DNA of 63,501 nt, counting the filler, from Cercozoa sp. M6MM (taxonomy: Eukaryota > Protista > Endomyxa: Ascetosporea), in NCBI GenBank assembly GCA_040357565.1. It is 10 parts of 10 records of this genome, joined end to end, with 100 filler letters (N's around TTAATTAATTAA, not from the genome) between each part and the next. Parts side by side here need not be neighbours in the genome. Positions count along the whole stretch, not along the records: positions 1 to 19,559 come from JBDODJ010000207.1; 9 more parts are not named here. The stretch is one strand, 5' to 3'. Positions within the stretch are counted from its first letter, which is position 1. Each line of letters begins with the position of its first letter. Made by a program: the position numbers and the translations under genes. The notes under the pieces are model-generated. The model saw only the letters and a list, made by a program, of their open reading frames with translations, did no database searches and was not told where the DNA came from. Shown piece by piece: positions 1-13,255 of this stretch.

Positions 1-48
<48 letters not shown>

Positions 49-50
<2 letters not shown>

Positions 51-856
51 CAACAGCAGAAGCAGGAGAAAAAGAAGCGCAGACGACCTAATCAACGACA
101 ACAGATTTCGTTGGCGCAGCAGTTGCGTGCGGCCTCGGTGAGTGATGATGCGCCGACCGTCATGTCATCGACGCCACCGACACAGCGGCGAGAAACACAC
201 TGCATTCGAAGCATCATGCAACAGCAACAACAGCAAGCAAGACAGGCAGTACCCTTCTCTGTGTGCGCATGAGGTATTTATGTGACATGTGTACATGTGT
301 CGGTTACAGGTGGAAAAGGCTACCCATGTTGCAATGCGCCGCCGACAGGTGTTTACTGTGTCTACTTTGCAACTCACACTCACTGAAGGGTTACTTTCTT
401 TTAGGTACTTCATGGCACGGAGAGTGACTCCAAGACCGAGAAACTCACGCGCAAGTCCATGCAGGTGTGCTTCTGATGTTCGCTTTATAGCTGTATACGT
501 CTTTGTGTTGCCACAGAGGAAGGCGGCAAAGAGAACTGAGTTACCTCCAACTGCGGTTCCTTCACTCATTTCAATTCAACAACAACAAAGACAGCAACAA
601 CAACAGCAACAGCAACAGCAACAGCAAAAACAACGCCGACAGAAGCAGCGCAAGCAGCGCGGCCGAAAAGCACGACGGAAACCAACAGCCCCAGCTTTGG
701 CTGAGGTACTGTTGTTTTCCTTCCTTCGTTGTCGCAGTGCGAGTGTTGTTTTTGTCGCAGGATGAAGATTTCCAGCTACAGCTGGCCATCCAGTTATCAC
801 TCTCCGAGCAGGTTTCACCCGTCACAGCCTCCGAATCTCGTCTGCCGCTACTTTAA
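49..856 (+). CDS. 3' fragment of a spliced, Gln-rich protein ending in a ubiquitin-interacting motif (UIM)
   Basis: The last exon follows the acceptor cag at 758-760 and reads DEDFQLQLAIQLSLSEQ, matching the UIM consensus. Upstream exons contain CAA/CAG runs. The 5' end lies outside the window. Confidence 0.55.
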
Positions 857-1883
857 TTCGGTTGAGAACGTCTTATGAAAAAACTCTACTGTTCCTGGAC
901 ATGGTCGATCTCGGCTTTTCACTCAGTTGCGTTGTCGAACCAAGTGTTACGGCATAGCGTTACTCGTCAGCGCGGACGATCGAATCTGAAGCAGCATGGT
1001 TTAATAGTGAAGGATTTGTTTTGCTAAATTTAGACCTGACTTCTTAACTTGGGTCAAGCTTTCTGCTCACCGCACGCACTTTGACTGCAGTGCTTGGGCT
1101 GTTTTTTTTTTCAATCGCCATCAACAAGCCTTCGGGCTTCCGACGACCTTTTCTACAAGGGTATGTCTTTCTAATCCTCCGCATCGACGCCATTTTAACT
1201 GACATTTTACTTCCTTTATTTAGTCGTTTTCAATACCTTAGTTACTGGTTTCCATCGGAACACAAGTGCCCGTGCTCCGCGACGAACATGACCTCAGTGG
1301 ATGACGTGCTTTTGCAAGCTCCATGACCGCAGCAGAGGCGTTTGGCCGTTGGGAGCTCGCAAACGGCAGAAAGATCGACGTTCTCGTCGCTTCTGTCGCC
1401 GCACCTTCCCAGCTCGTCGAAAGCGATAAGCGCGTTTGTATAAGTTCTTTTGTGTTTTCCTTTAATGGAAGTGTGTATGTGTGTATATCTACGGGCTTTC
1501 CTTGTTCAAGCGTTGGCGATGGCGATCTGGATATCGTGCGCGGGTTACCGATGTTGGGTACCTCGAAGTATCGCACACAGTTGTTGACGCGCTAGCTAGT
1601 CGTGCGTAAAAAAGTGTAATGTTCACTAAACACTACCAATTCGATAGCTTAAGGTCAAATCGGTGCTCACCGAACTGATAGATAAAAGGCACAACCTCTA
1701 ATTTTCGTTGCTCACTGCGGCACTTTTCATTGGCTCTAACGCGCTGAAAATTTAGTTTTTTCATGGTTTGGGCACCTCAGTCTAGAGCGCGTGCTCGAAG
1801 TCTATCTTCAGACGGGAAGCACCCCAATACGTTAACATAACGCTGCGCCAGTCGAGTCGTAATCGATCGAACTGAACGCGCAC

Positions 1884-3211
1884 CTACAGGAACATGTCGA
1901 GCTCGTGGCGCGCGTACGTGTTCTTGGGAGGCTGCGGAAGTGGCGGCAGGCCCTTTTTGGCGCGCTCCAGCGTTTCGGCGTAAGTATGCGCAGCGTTGGG
2001 CACAGCATCCTTGATCAGCGGGTAGAAAGCCACCTGTAATTACAAGAGCAGGATAGGAGAGGCACATCGATAGGAGTGTGAGGATGAAGTGACCACGTAC
2101 CAGTTGGTCCTGTGCGCCGAGGTAGAGCGTATTGTACAAGCGCCAGTAGCAGTTGCGCACCTTGCGCGCCGGGTGGAACAATCCAGCGATCAGATGGAAC
2201 AGCATAGGGCCCGGACCCAGACCCACTCGCAGTCCGTCGAGCGAGTCCGACACGGCCACGATGAGGTGCAGCGCCGTGTCGAACAGGTTGGGCCACACGT
2301 GGTTCATCAGGTGCGCCAGGGCGTCCTCCACGCCGTAACCAGTGACGTTGAGGGCCAGGTCTGCCATCGCGTGAGGGGGAGTGACATAGCAAGGCGGGGA
2401 GGAGGTAAGGGCACAGGGTACGCTTGATGGCCCAGGCAGCCGTCTGTCGGTGCATGGCGTCACGCTCCTGCAGCGCGTCCACGAGCAGCGGTGTGAGCGC
2501 ATAGATGTAGTGCCGCGACTGCTCGCCAATGTGCTCGAACAGGTAGGTGAGCGACTTGAGCACGCCGTTCTGCACGTTGATGTCGGGCACGCGGTACTCG
2601 TTCATGAGTGCCGGCACGACGGTGAAAGCGCCGCATGTGTCGGCCACGATGGCGATGGCGATCGTCGTGCACACACGGTTGATGCGCTCCTGCACGCGCA
2701 GGTTGTTTAGCAGCGTCGCCAGCACGTCGCTCGGACCAATCGTCTTGGCAATGTAGCTGTGATGTGCACACACAAAACAAAGATACAAAGACACATACAT
2801 ATATATATATATATATACCCATATAATATGTATTGATAAATTCAACAAAAAGAGACTATAATCTTATTTATATCTCACATTAAGTGCATAGAACTATCTA
2901 TATGTATATAGATTAGATAAACAGACAGATAAACAGATAGAGATTGGTATTTACCCAAAAGCAGCCATCGTGGCACGCCGCACGCTCTTCTTCTGCGCGC
3001 GCAGCAGCTCGATCAGGTCAAAGCTGCATAGCATAACAACAACAGTCAGACACGCAGATACAGAGACAAGAACAGAGCACCGGACATACCAGATACGCAT
3101 CCATTCCTTGGGCGAAATAAGGCATGATTCCTCTTCGGCGCTACACAAGATTCTCCGATACACACACACACACACACCACACACACCACACACACACGCA
3201 CGCACACACGC

Positions 3212-3261
<50 letters not shown>

Positions 3262-4213
3262 GACCTCGCATGGTGAGGGGTACAACTCAGTGCCGACACG
3301 GTCAGCGATGCGTCCAACCAGCACGATGCAGTGCTCCTGCACCTTCTCGTGCCGGTTGCGCAGGATCGGCGTCAGTCGTGGCAGCAGGTCACGGATCGGC
3401 GGTTCCTGAGGCAGGCATAACCACCACAAATTAAGTGCCGCCACAGAAGGGGGATCGGTATGATTGTACCATCTCAGGCAAGTGCATGACGGCCACCATG
3501 GACGACAGCGCCGACAGCAGTGATCCCAGCACCTCCGGATACTCCTCACCGAGCATCTCGTACAGCATGCGACCCAGTGTTCGCAATAGCTACAGCATAT
3601 GCATGCACGTACATACGGCAGAGAGGCGTCAAAACAGCAAGACGGTGCGTGTGAGGTACCTGGTCGCAGCCGTTGCGCTGCATGACGGCGGCGAGTCGCG
3701 CGATCAGATCAGCGGCCTGCTCACGCACGCGCGGTGACTTGTTGGCCAGGCGGAATTTGATCATTTGGCCGATCGGGCCTAGGTAGCGCACAGCGCCGGC
3801 AGCACCTGCAGCACGCACATACTCACATGCATACACACGGACGTACTCAAAGACAAACATACACATACATACAGGTATGGTAAGTATGGCAGAGAAAGAG
3901 CAAACGAACCGACGGCGTCCATGACGGTCTCGAAGCACTTGAGCAGCACGCGCGAGTCCTCGCTCTGCTGTTCCTGGAAGGCGTGCATGACGCCGTCTAC
4001 CAGCAGCGCCTCGAGTCGCTGGCCCAGCGCGCCACCGCCCTCGCCCGAGCTCATCATGCGGCGAAGCACGCGCTCCACCGTGTCAAGCGTCATGCGGCGG
4101 AACTGCTCCTGCTCGTCGCGCAGGTCGCCCACGATGCGGCCAATCACCTCGGCGCCGCCCACCTTGCTCGCAATCTCCACCTAAGTTAGGGACGTCATCA
4201 AGTGTACACAAGG

Positions 4214-4266
<53 letters not shown>

Positions 4267-6029
4267 CGTGTGAGCGTGTGTGTGTGTGTGTGACAGAGGG
4301 GGGTGAAGGGTACAGTGGTTTGAATGAGCTCGCGGTAGGTACGACGGTCGGCGGCCATACGGCGCACCCAGAAGTGCCGGAAGTACGACGGTAAGACGTC
4401 CACTCGAAGGTACGATGGCGACACACCTGGATACATACATACATACACACGCACACACCACAGGCGCAAGAGGCAAGCCGAGGCTACCTTCGGCAGCGAC
4501 GCACTGCCGCACAACGGCCAGGAGGATCTTGACCATCTCGTCGTCCGACGTTGAGAACTCGCGCAGGATCACCGGCATCGCCTCGCGCACCGAGAAGTTC
4601 GCCAACTACACAGGATGTGTGTACGTATAGAGACGGGCAGAGTAGAGGTATGCTATGAGTTAAGGTGTGATTGGTACCTCGGGTTCCATTAGCGGAATGA
4701 TATAGCCAACGGCCTTAAGGAAGGCGGCCAGTGTCTTGCTACGGTGCATCTTGATGCCACGGAACAGCGGGTGCAGCGCGTGCTGGAACGCCTCGATGCC
4801 GTACGGGTACGCCGACTGAATCAAACACATTACAGCATACTGGGAAACACGGCGACACATTTAACGACGCTACCTCAGCAAGCGCAGCGAGGGCGAGACC
4901 CGAGATTGTGCGCACTCGCGGATGCTCGTCCTCGAGACCATGACGCACGCACTCGACCAGCTTGTTCAAATGCGGCAGCACAGCGACACCCTGCTCAACA
5001 GGCAACGGAAACAGATACAAAGTTATCAGTTCAACAACTCGTTAATTCGAGAGCATACGATGAGGACGGCGACTTGCTGCACGATCTTGATACCTACATT
5101 GAATGGTGGTGGGTAAGCAACAAGGTAGTAGGCAACGATGGGAGGGAGGGCAGAGAAGGCAAAAAGTCCAAGAGGCACCAGTATGGCGTGCCTGCCAGGT
5201 CTGCTTGGAGCGGCACACGGCCGACAGGAAGGGCAGCATCTGCTCGACGCCGAGGGCGGCCGCCACCACTGCAAAGGCACGTGCCTGCCGGGAGGGATGA
5301 GGGTAGATGAGTTGTATAAGAGGGGGTGGCTGTATGGGACAGGTACCGTGGTGTTGCGCACAAAGTCGTCGGCGTGATCAATGTCGGGTCGCATGGCCGC
5401 CGTCATAGCCGGCAGACCTGCCGCCTTGGCGAGGTTGCTGATCACCTCACGGCCCTCAACTCGCTGCACAAAAAGGACATCGGATGGTAGATAGGCATGA
5501 CAGGGCACGACAGGGGGGCAACTCACGGCATAGAAATCCTCGTCGATCAGCATGGGCTCAATGACTACGAGGATACCGCGCACGTGCGGCTTAACACGCT
5601 CGCCCAGTTTGAACATCACGCGGTCCAGCACCTACTCGCAATCAATGCATACATATTGCATCAAGAGACACAGGCACAGGACGAGGAGTCGACTGCTACC
5701 TTTACAAGCAAGTGTCGCTCCTGGTCCTCAAGCGACATTGACCGCAGCAGCGGCAACAAGCGCGCAAACAGCGCATCGGCACCTGCACACAACATGTCGT
5801 TCCAAATACAGTAAGCACAGGGTCCCGCCAGGGTGACGGGACAGTACCGAACTCGACGGCATTGTTGGCCAGCGTGCGCAAAGCCTTCTTGCGCTGCGGC
5901 GGCTCGCCGTTCTTGACCGACAGCAGCAGCGACAGCACCTGCCGATCGCGCACCTTGGCTGCATTGCTTTCTTCCTCCTGTTCACGCAAACACATAATGT
6001 ACACACGCACCATAATACACACAGCATCC

Positions 6030-6060
<31 letters not shown>

Positions 6061-6492
6061 GTACCCGAGTGGGAGCCCGAAGCAGGTCGCCGAAGTGTTC
6101 GACATCCTCGGGTTTGAGTGTCTACACAGCACGCGCGTGAGACAAAGGAAAAGCGAAAAGGACACTGCGAGCCCACCGGAAGTGTCTCGTCCACCGGCTG
6201 CGTGGCCTGGCCCAGCATTTCCTCCATTTCCTCGTCCATCGCTACACACGCACATACACACACAGCACACACACACATACTACAAGGGTAAAATAGGCAC
6301 ACGTGGTCCTACCATAGCCGGCGGCATCAACAGCAGCAGGGGTTTGCAACTGGTCGGCCGGTAGCGGCGTTCGCGGCACCGGCTCGTAGGACGCCGGCGG
6401 CGACACGACGTCGTAGCCTTCGTCGGCGCCTGGCAGCATTTCCTGCCAACACATATATACAGCATACCAGACATATCAAGTGCAGCTGCAAT

Positions 6493-6543
<51 letters not shown>

Positions 6544-7474
6544 CGGAAAAGCGTACGTCCAGTTCGGTGTCAGAGAGCGGGCGATTACGTCGCAGCATCT
6601 GGCGCTTTACTCGGTAGGCCTTGAGTTCCTCGCCCGACATTTCGGCGACCTTCTTCTGCTCAGTCTCGAGCACCTGCGCCGGCGTGGCGTCCCACCGGTT
6701 CTTGGCCGCACCCGTGGCCATCGGCGTGGCGTCCCACCGATTGCCCCCTGCTCTGCTGCCTGCACAGCACGCATGAACACGCAAAACTCAAACCTAGGCA
6801 CAGGTGGGGGTACCTGCAGGGGTGGCGTCCCATCGTTGCTGCTTCTGCGCGTCATCTGCTTGCACAGGGTTCTCAGACAACTCGTCATGCCGCACATCCT
6901 CGTCTTCGTCGTCTACCATTTTTCTACGAGAAAGACGCTTGTTCAAGGCACGTAACTCACAAGTTGCATTCGGCAAGGTACCGGTCTTCTTGGCGCCGCT
7001 GCTCGAGCTCCTCCTCCTTCTGTCTCTGGCGCTCTTGAAACTCCTCCTCCTTCTTCTCGCGTTCCTGCAGACAGACACGAGCAACATGCAGTGCTTGCAA
7101 GAAACACAGGCACAAGCACTGAACACAAAGCCAATGGCAGTAAAGCTACCTGCTGACGCAGCTTCATGATTTCGGCGAAGGAGGCGTCGGCTTTCTCTTC
7201 GCCTCGAGAGTACTGCCGCTTCATGTAGTCGCTCTGTCGCGACCTGTGTTTTGGTGCAAGCGCGGTGACTCCAACCAAAGAGGGAAAGGAAAAGCGATAG
7301 AAATTGTACGAGACTTTGCGCTGTTCGGCTCTTTGTACCATCTCCTTCTCGGCCGGGTCGCTCGGCGCGTCCTGCACACGTATAATGACAATCTTCTGCT
7401 AGGGAATGAACACTGGGACAACGCACCTGGAGCATGTCCTCCATCAACTCGCGAGAGGGGCCAACGTTCGACAT
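1884..7474 (-). CDS. SF3B1: Splicing factor 3B subunit 1 (SF3b155/Hsh155), complete, about 27 GT-AG introns
   Basis: Spliced exons give RWDATP ULM repeats, [90 protein letters not shown] and a C-terminal [12 protein letters not shown]. These are colinear with known SF3B1. Confidence 0.97.
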
Positions 7475-7688
7475 GTTTCGTTTTGGTCTAGCTCCTACTA
7501 CCTCCGTAGATCAAACCAAAAAAGACGGAACAAGTCCGGCAGAACACAAAAGTCGAGAGGTAGACCAAAGTGCTGTTTCCCAATACTCGCCTCCTGTCGT
7601 ACTTGAGTGGAACACTACAGTACTGTACAGGGCACTCACGCGTGTGGTGGCGGGCGCTGAGCGTCTGTCCGAATTGTCCAGTTGTCGT

Positions 7689-8889
7689 ATGGTTGGACAG
7701 GACAGGCTCCTGTCTTTAAGTACAGGTAGTATTTTTGTAACAATATTAAAGGTACAATATTACTTTTGTCCTGACGGCTGACGGTGTGCGCAAACGGGTG
7801 TGTCTCACTGCTGTTGCACATAATATTGTCATCGATAGGTGTGATCGTGTCCTTGTCACTTGCGTTTTTCTCCGCGATCTACCAGCGTTTTATGAGACGT
7901 TGGATTGAGGACAAAGAAACTTCAAAGTGCATGTATCCTTTCTGTCTTTCTTTCTATTGCTACTAATGCATCACAGGAATTGCAATCGAGAGATGGAGCC
8001 GAGTTTACGTTTTATTCAGGGGATGCGAGAAAAGATTCTCGGTCATAAACAGACGACATCACTGTCGTGCCTGTGTAAGCTCTGCCGTTTTTGCAAGCTC
8101 TACTGTGATTACAAGCGCCGTTTTAGGGTCGTGTTTTGTGCGGAAGTTGCAGTTCTAAACGCACTCCAATTCCCGGTATGTATCTATTGGTATTGGTGCT
8201 CGCTTAATGTAGTATTGGCATGAAGTACAGGCGTTTCCCGCGATCCTGTCCGCGTGTGTGATCGTAATTTTCACTTCATGAGTTTCTTTCATGAGTTTCT
8301 TTCATGAGTTTCTTTCATGAGTTTTCTTATATGTCCACGTATTTATGCTTGTGTTTAGCTTGTTATGAGCGCGAAAGCCGTGGTCTGCATTGGCATGCCG
8401 CATCTTCTTTCCTGTCCACAGGGTCACAAGCACAACTGCTGGCTGCAAAACACATTCCTGAGTGTACCCTCCTTTTTTATTTAGTGTTTTTCGTGTCAAC
8501 AATGACATCCAGTTTTGATTTTTATGTAGCGGACCTCTCAAACGCATGCAGAGAACCTTCTCGTCTCGGTGTTTTATGGTTATGTTGTCAGCCAAGTGCC
8601 GTACATGTACATATGCACTTTTGTGACAGCCAAGTTGCGGGCGAAGAAAGTTACGTTGCGCGCCACACAGACCGAGTATTCGGAATTATCCTTATTCTGA
8701 TATATCAGTGTATTGTATGTGTATGGATACAGTATCATGTGGCCCGAAGTTAACCATCAAGTCACTGCGTCGAACACCGCCACGCTGTCAAAACTTCTGC
8801 GTGTTCATGAGGGTCGCAATCTGCCTCGAACCAGACTTTCGGTTGTAGGCTTGCTCTGTGCTGTGGATCCATGTACAGAGGAACTGTGT

Positions 8890-8941
<52 letters not shown>

Positions 8942-8951
8942 NNNNNNNNNN

Positions 8952-8999
<48 letters not shown>

Positions 9000-9365
9000 A
9001 GGTAATGCAAAGCGATAAGAAAGATCACGTGTTTCTCTTGGATCTGTCCTTTGACAGTGAAGACCAAGCGCGACACTGGCATACGCTCATTAGCATGCGC
9101 TGTGAGTTACAGAGATGCGCAGGTGTTTCTGTTTTTGGGTGTTTATTGGTTTCCTTTGTGTACATTTTGCTTCATAGACGCCGAAACGATCCATGCAAAG
9201 GAACGCGATCGCATCGCACGTGACCAACTCGAATCGGCCAAACAAGCTGTTTACTCCTTTTAACAGGATACTTAGTTGTTTAATGCACATGTTTTGTTTT
9301 TGCAGGACCGGTCGCGTCGCGATGCTAAGCGACAGCATCTTCGTGACAAGTACAACATTCAGTAG
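7689..9365 (+). CDS. Hypothetical multi-exon protein or proteins; ends in a charged tail (RRDAKRQHLRDKYNIQ*)
   Basis: A series of GT-AG-bounded coding-like segments. No family recognised and the exon chain is uncertain. Confidence 0.35.
8275..8327. repeat. Tandem repeat, 13-bp unit TTCATGAGTTTCT x4
   Basis: Read directly; the last copy has a 1-nt insertion. Probably intronic. Confidence 0.9.
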
Positions 9366-9469
9366 CGAAAGTGGTTCCGTCCCATCGCATCGTTCGTGTG
9401 CATTACGCCCGGTCGGATTCGCATGGACTTGCTTCTTTTATTTAGTTTCTTTTCCTGACAAACGTAACC

Positions 9470-12400
9470 TCAGTAATCGTTGGTTCTTTTATTAGCACTT
9501 AGCTGCGTCTCGGTACTGTAGTCATCGCTGTTTTCCATGCTGTTGAAGGAATTAAACGTGCGAGTTGTTTCGCTTGGAAATGCCGTGTCATACGCGCTCT
9601 CCGAAAAGTCCGAGGATAACGAAGCAGCGCGAAAGACACTTGGGAGCACATCGTTGGTGAGATCGTACGCTCCTTGGCTTGTCAGACCCCCACCCAGCAT
9701 CCGTTGAGGCGGAGCGCTTGGAAGGTGTTGTTCATCTTCCTACGGGAAAGGTGGGTGAATTGCATGAAAGTAAAACACATCATTGCTTTTAAATACATGC
9801 GTAGTGGCGTTCGTGCTTTGAGCCGAATTTTTCTTCCGACGCGCCTTCACTCGACTGGTGCGTGCACTGCGCTCGGAAAGATCGTCTGATCGCAGCACGA
9901 TACGCGCGGACTGCGTGCGCCTCTTTGTATACAAGGCAGCTAGTGCGCAGCAGAGAATGAAAGCTGCGCCCACAGTGATGGCAACAAAGTCGCGCACTGC
10001 AATGCCCAGGATTTTCGTGGACCTGCGAAGAAGTAGGGATGAAAACACTGCCAAAGGCAGCACAGTTTCTCTCCTTTACCCCTCGCCTTCGCCGGCGACT
10101 TCTTCTGGAGGCTGCTCACCAAGTCGTCGGTTGCGCTCGCGAAACACCTCTGCGTCCCTGGTTCTCGATTGAGGAATAAAAGACAAACCCGATTGACTCA
10201 GTCTGCTAGTACTGTACTTTGAAACGCATCGTGCAGCGAAGCAAGCGCATCCAACACTAGCCCGGTAGTCAGCACAGCCATCGGCGCAGTCTAATATACA
10301 ACCGCTGACCCTGAGAAATGAAACGCTTTCACCTTGCAACCACTTTAAACTTACCTACGCCGTCATTTACGGGCACAGTTGCACATCGACCAAAGGTACA
10401 AGTCGGCCGCACGCATGCTGTCAGCAAACACGGGCTTCGCAAGTTTGCGCGAAAACCTCGGTAAATTTACAGTTGGCTGCAGCAGCAATGACTCCACATG
10501 ACGGACCGTTGTCGCATGTGCGGCAAAACACGCCATCGTTCTACAACAATACCTCAGCGCTGTACCTTGCATGGAGTAATGGTTCCACTGACCTGAGTGA
10601 AAGTACCCCAGATGAACAGTAGCCGAACAATCCACTTAGCCGGCAGACTGACGGATTACAGTTACACTATTAATTCCGCACATGAGAGAGGTTTTGACAC
10701 TTGGAGAAAAATGGGTCACCTCTGTCAATGTCGTTGGCAGTACAGCCATCCCCAGGTATTACTCCTGTATCGGTAACACGATGCAACAGACAAACTCCAA
10801 ATTCGTTGTTTCTCACTGCCACGACAAGATTCTGTACCATCAAGGGTGGCTAGCGCTGCCGCGGACGAGAGATCCTCCAGCAAGGCATTCAACTCTTTGT
10901 GCGAGCAATTCGAAAACAGACGAGAGGCACCTGCGTACGGCTCATAATATGAACAGACACTGAAACTTCTTGAAGTGGAAGTACCGTCTAACTCGGGCGA
11001 CATGATGGTGCTTTGCTTAGCTGCCTCGGCGCATCCGTTGCCATTATCGTCCTTTGAGGCGTCATGCTTCAATCCGATGTTGTGACCAATCTAGAAGGCA
11101 AGATCAACTCTCTTGTGAGTGTGCATTAACTTCAAAGAACACTCACTTCATGTGCAAGCGCAGCGGCTACGAGTGATGTATCTGTCGCCAACTGGGAGAC
11201 GCTGCGTGCTTCGGCCGCAATCCTGTTTCTCTCACACACACACACACACACAAATGATTCAGTTGGTAAACTACCTGGTGAGGATTGGGAAAAGCACACT
11301 CCGACGGCACCGGGAGACGCCATAGCATTTGCGAAGGCCATGCCGGCGAGGACAAACGGCAAACCAGCGCCGCTTAGCACGTGCTACGAGAACACGCTCA
11401 AAGCACGTACAAGTGGGGAAAATACGACTGTAGTGCCATGGTACAGCGACATCGTGTCTCGGCAGTGCGTTTGCTTCGAACTGAGGAGCATGCCAGTTCC
11501 GAATAGCGCGCAACATCGTCTTGACGTCCTCGATGTTGTCAATAGGCTTCCACTGCAGGCCATCTTTCACCTTGTACTGTGGCGCATCCCAGGCCACTGT
11601 GCTGCGCGTGAGTTGGCCACTCAACACAACGCGAATGATGTTGACTTCTTGTTGCTCAGTTCCCTCAAACCACAGCATGTCGGTCAGTGCCGCCAGTTCG
11701 AGTCCGTGCTCCAGCGCATTCAAGCCGAGTTGTTCAAACTGCTGCACACGCGCCAAGTCGTGTACCAACAGAAGTTCCACAATTCGCTCGCGCGACGTTG
11801 TCGTGTCTTGCAAAAGCTGCCAAATCAGATACAGCCAGGGTGCAAATTTATACCCGCTAAGTTAGATCAGGTGAGCGGTTGCACGATATGGCTACATGAT
11901 GTACCGCGTTGGCGGCACTCGTTTGTTGGTGCTCAAACTCGGACGCGTTCAGTGTAACACAGGTATGTGACCGGTCATTTTTTATGTCGTAGACGTCAAA
12001 GCGTGGGTGCTTCAATGTTGCACGACTGCCATCAAGCAGCAGGACCGTCGACTCATGAGGTGCCTTTCGCGAGTACACACGCAGCCACACACGCGGTGTT
12101 CTGCATAGTGACACCACGGCGCGCGCTGCTTTGTGCATCGGAAACAGCGACATGCTGTCGGGGCCAAGTGTGTCAACAGCCAAGAAGCGGGGGACACGAA
12201 AGTTGACTTCTCTTATCTCAAGAGGCGCTTGAAGGAACGCATCGTGGACGCAATCGCGATGTTCCATATCGCTGTGATACGTACCATGGAGAAAGGAAGG
12301 AGAGGCGTGCAGTTGCAAAGGAATGTGCCAGCTTTCCCCTGTAGAAAGCTGCAAGTGAACCAGGACCTTTGCACTGTGCGGTACTACAGCGGTGGTGTGC

Positions 12401-12702
12401 TTTTCGTGCAACCAGACTCCATTCACGGTGACTGCTGCTTCGCCAACCCGCAGCTCTGTCGCAATGACAGGTGAGCTAAAAGGTAAAAATTAAAGGTTGT
12501 TTATGACACAGCATTTTCTCAGCGATATGTAAATTATAACCATAGAATTTTCTAAGCACCTTAACTGCGACAACGATATCAACCTCAACGCGATGCCAAA
12601 AAGCATTGAATTGACGAAGTACAAGAGAGTATGCACCATGTTCGGCATTGGCGTGACAACTAGCGACATAACCTGAATTACGACCGCCGTTTCCGGCCAC
12701 AT
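9470..12702 (-). CDS. ADAM/reprolysin-like (M12B) zinc metalloprotease with Cys-rich region, TM helix and cytoplasmic tail
   Basis: Splicing LAHE|IGHNIGLKHD (about 11147/11090) gives HExxHxxGxxHD, followed by a Met-turn (STIMSP). Also IVELLLVHD, IIRVVLSG, VLAGMAF, Cys-rich exons and the TM segment ILGIAVRDFVAITVGAAFILCCALAALY. The start is approximate. Confidence 0.8.
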
Positions 12703-13255
12703 ACACTAAATTTACTCGCAGCAGGCGCGCGCTCTTTGATCAAGCAAGTGCCTAATTGTACAGTACGTGTGTCTTCTTTGTCTGGCAAGTCCGAACATTC
12801 TTCGGGGATGAGACAAATTTTAGACAATGCAACCGAACAGAACTGAACTGAGTAAATTTAAATAACGTCAGTCAGTTTTGTTAACGTTCGGGCTTTCAGT
12901 GTTCGTGAGGGTGAATCTCTCTTATGGGTAGTATGCACTTTTAAAACCCTAGTTGTCTCAGCGCGAGTGGCGTGAGGCTTTGTGAGCCCAACAGGCAGGA
13001 CACGGCATTGACGGCAAACCGCGCGGGAGTTTCACCTCCGACAGGCATGTCATGGTCACGCTGGGCGGGCCGGCAAGTTTTTTGGCATCATTTCCAGCGA
13101 CCAACCGCTGACAACTATCTTGTTTTTTCGAACTGCAGTGCATTCCTTGAAGTCGCTACTGTGAACAGAGCAAGGTACGTCTCCGTAAGTGTGTTGCTGC
13201 ATAATGCAGTCCGGCACTGCGAGTTTGCACAAACGCACTGGTTTGTGTTTGGCAG

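Noticed and set aside
1081-1595. Possible stop-codon readthrough or alternative genetic code in short ORFs
   Set aside because: There is no recognisable homology, and conserved genes end in TAA, TAG and TGA with no internal stops, so the standard code is sufficient.
3141-3286. Apparent non-canonical splice site in SF3B1 (also suspected in the first SOD intron)
   Set aside because: Both resolve as in-frame GT-AG introns (DRVGTD-AEE and LP-WEK). I found no non-GT-AG intron that I can support.
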